Source: Candidatus Niyogibacteria bacterium
GTDB taxonomy: Bacteria; Patescibacteriota; Minisyncoccia; HO2-45-28
Direction: 5' to 3'
Assembly: GCA_016432485.1 (NCBI GenBank)
Contig: CP066691.1
Location: 676,944 to 740,943, forward strand
DNA: 64,000 nucleotides
Notes under the pieces: generated by a model
Database searches by the model: none
Told to the model about the DNA's origin: nothing
The model's input: the letters and a program-made list of their open reading frames with translations, nothing else
Part shown: one piece after another, positions 63,303 through 64,000 of the stretch
Layout: every line of letters starts with the position of its first letter
How positions within the stretch are numbered: position 1 is the stretch's first letter
Made by a program: the position numbers and the translations under genes

Positions 63303-64000
63303 ATGGCGGATATTCAGGAAGCTCTTCAGTTTTTGGGGACCGAAGTTGATAGAAAGGATCAAAAGACTCTTTTGAGTTTTCCGGAATATCTGGAATATGT
63401 CTGCGAAAATCCGCAGATGGCCCTAAGAAATATTTTCAGATTGTTCTATGACATGGTCAAAGGCCGCGTCGTCGAAGAAGACGACGGACATCCGGACGAT
63501 CCCGAGTCAGTAGGATTTAAAAAATACGACTGCTCAAAATTGCTGGTTGAGGGTGCCGATAATCCGTTTTTTGCCGACCGTCTTTTTGCCAACAGATTTG
63601 TAAGACAGGTGGAAAGCTTGAGGCAGGGATTTCAGCAGAACAGAATTTATGTCTACGAGGGCCCTTCGGGATGCGGCAAGAGCACTTTCTTGAATAACCT
63701 TTTGAGGTCTTTTGAAGATTATATGAGGACGGACGAAGGCCGAACGTTTGAGATTATTTGGGAAATAGACGAGGCGGCTTTTCAGGTAGGGGCTACCCCG
63801 TCGGCAGACCAGAACCGTCGAAAATTAATTGTTCCTTGTCCGAACCACGATCATCCTATACTGATAATTCCGAAAGAGCACCGGGTAAAATTTGTTGAAA
63901 AGCTGTTGGAAAATTCTAAGGCAAAAAAGATAATTTTGACTGAAAAAGATTATGAGTGGCTTTTTAGAGAAGAGGTTTGCACGATTTGTAAATCAATTTT
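63303..64000 (+). CDS. second PrkA-family protein, 5' portion (runs off window)
   Basis: P-loop YVYEGPSGCGKST and N-terminal region resembling YeaG/PrkA. Confidence 0.55.
   Translation, partial: MADIQEALQFLGTEVDRKDQKTLLSFPEYLEYVCENPQMALRNIFRLFYDMVKGRVVEEDDGHPDDPESVGFKKYDCSKLLVEGADNPFFADRLFANRFVRQVESLRQGFQQNRIYVYEGPSGCGKSTFLNNLLRSFEDYMRTDEGRTFEIIWEIDEAAFQVGATPSADQNRRKLIVPCPNHDHPILIIPKEHRVKFVEKLLENSKAKKIILTEKDYEWLFREEVCTICKSI

Noticed and set aside
1-64000. CRISPR arrays, transposases, integrases, rRNA genes
   Set aside because: No regularly spaced direct repeats, no DDE/tyrosine-recombinase-like ORFs and no rRNA signature sequences were found. Mobility is inferred only from att-like repeats and compositional islands.

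Overview
This 64 kb window has about 45% GC and is densely packed with housekeeping genes, mostly on the + strand. By inference it resembles a small-genome CPR/Patescibacteria-type bacterium.

Recognisable content:
- Five aminoacyl-tRNA synthetases: ArgS, IleS, GlyRS, MetRS and LeuS.
- A tmRNA gene next to smpB.
- tRNA-Leu(CAA) and a tRNA with anticodon UAU.
- TopA, DprA, FtsH, RelA/SpoT, ParB, GlmS, GlyA, FolD, TsaC, RecO and TatD.
- A PrkA-YhbH-SpoVR stress operon.
- Several secreted or membrane enzymes: a metzincin, a lytic transglycosylase, an M16 peptidase, a PAP2 phosphatase and a CDP-alcohol phosphatidyltransferase.

Unusual features:
1. IleS carries an inserted histidine-phosphatase (PGAM-like) domain and LeuS carries an inserted Nudix hydrolase domain.
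2. There are four compositionally foreign GC-rich blocks of about 60% GC, at roughly 27.8-29.0 kb, 39.95-41.65 kb, 42.6-43.55 kb and 52.0-53.7 kb.
3. Each GC-rich block is framed by a consensus sigma70 promoter, an AGGAGG RBS and an intrinsic terminator.
4. Together the blocks encode five proteins of unknown function and one roughly 0.5 kb non-coding, highly structured RNA candidate.
5. Each of the two structural RNA genes (tmRNA and tRNA-Leu) is followed by a short direct repeat of its own 3' end, which looks like an integration scar.
6. Heptanucleotide micro-repeats sit in-frame inside ileS, leuS and glyA, and a perfect 45 bp palindrome sits in-frame in tsaC.
7. A four-gene cluster of unknown function lies between topA and ftsH, and a short promoter-to-terminator transcript lies upstream of a GNAT gene.

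No CRISPR array, transposase or integrase gene was seen.
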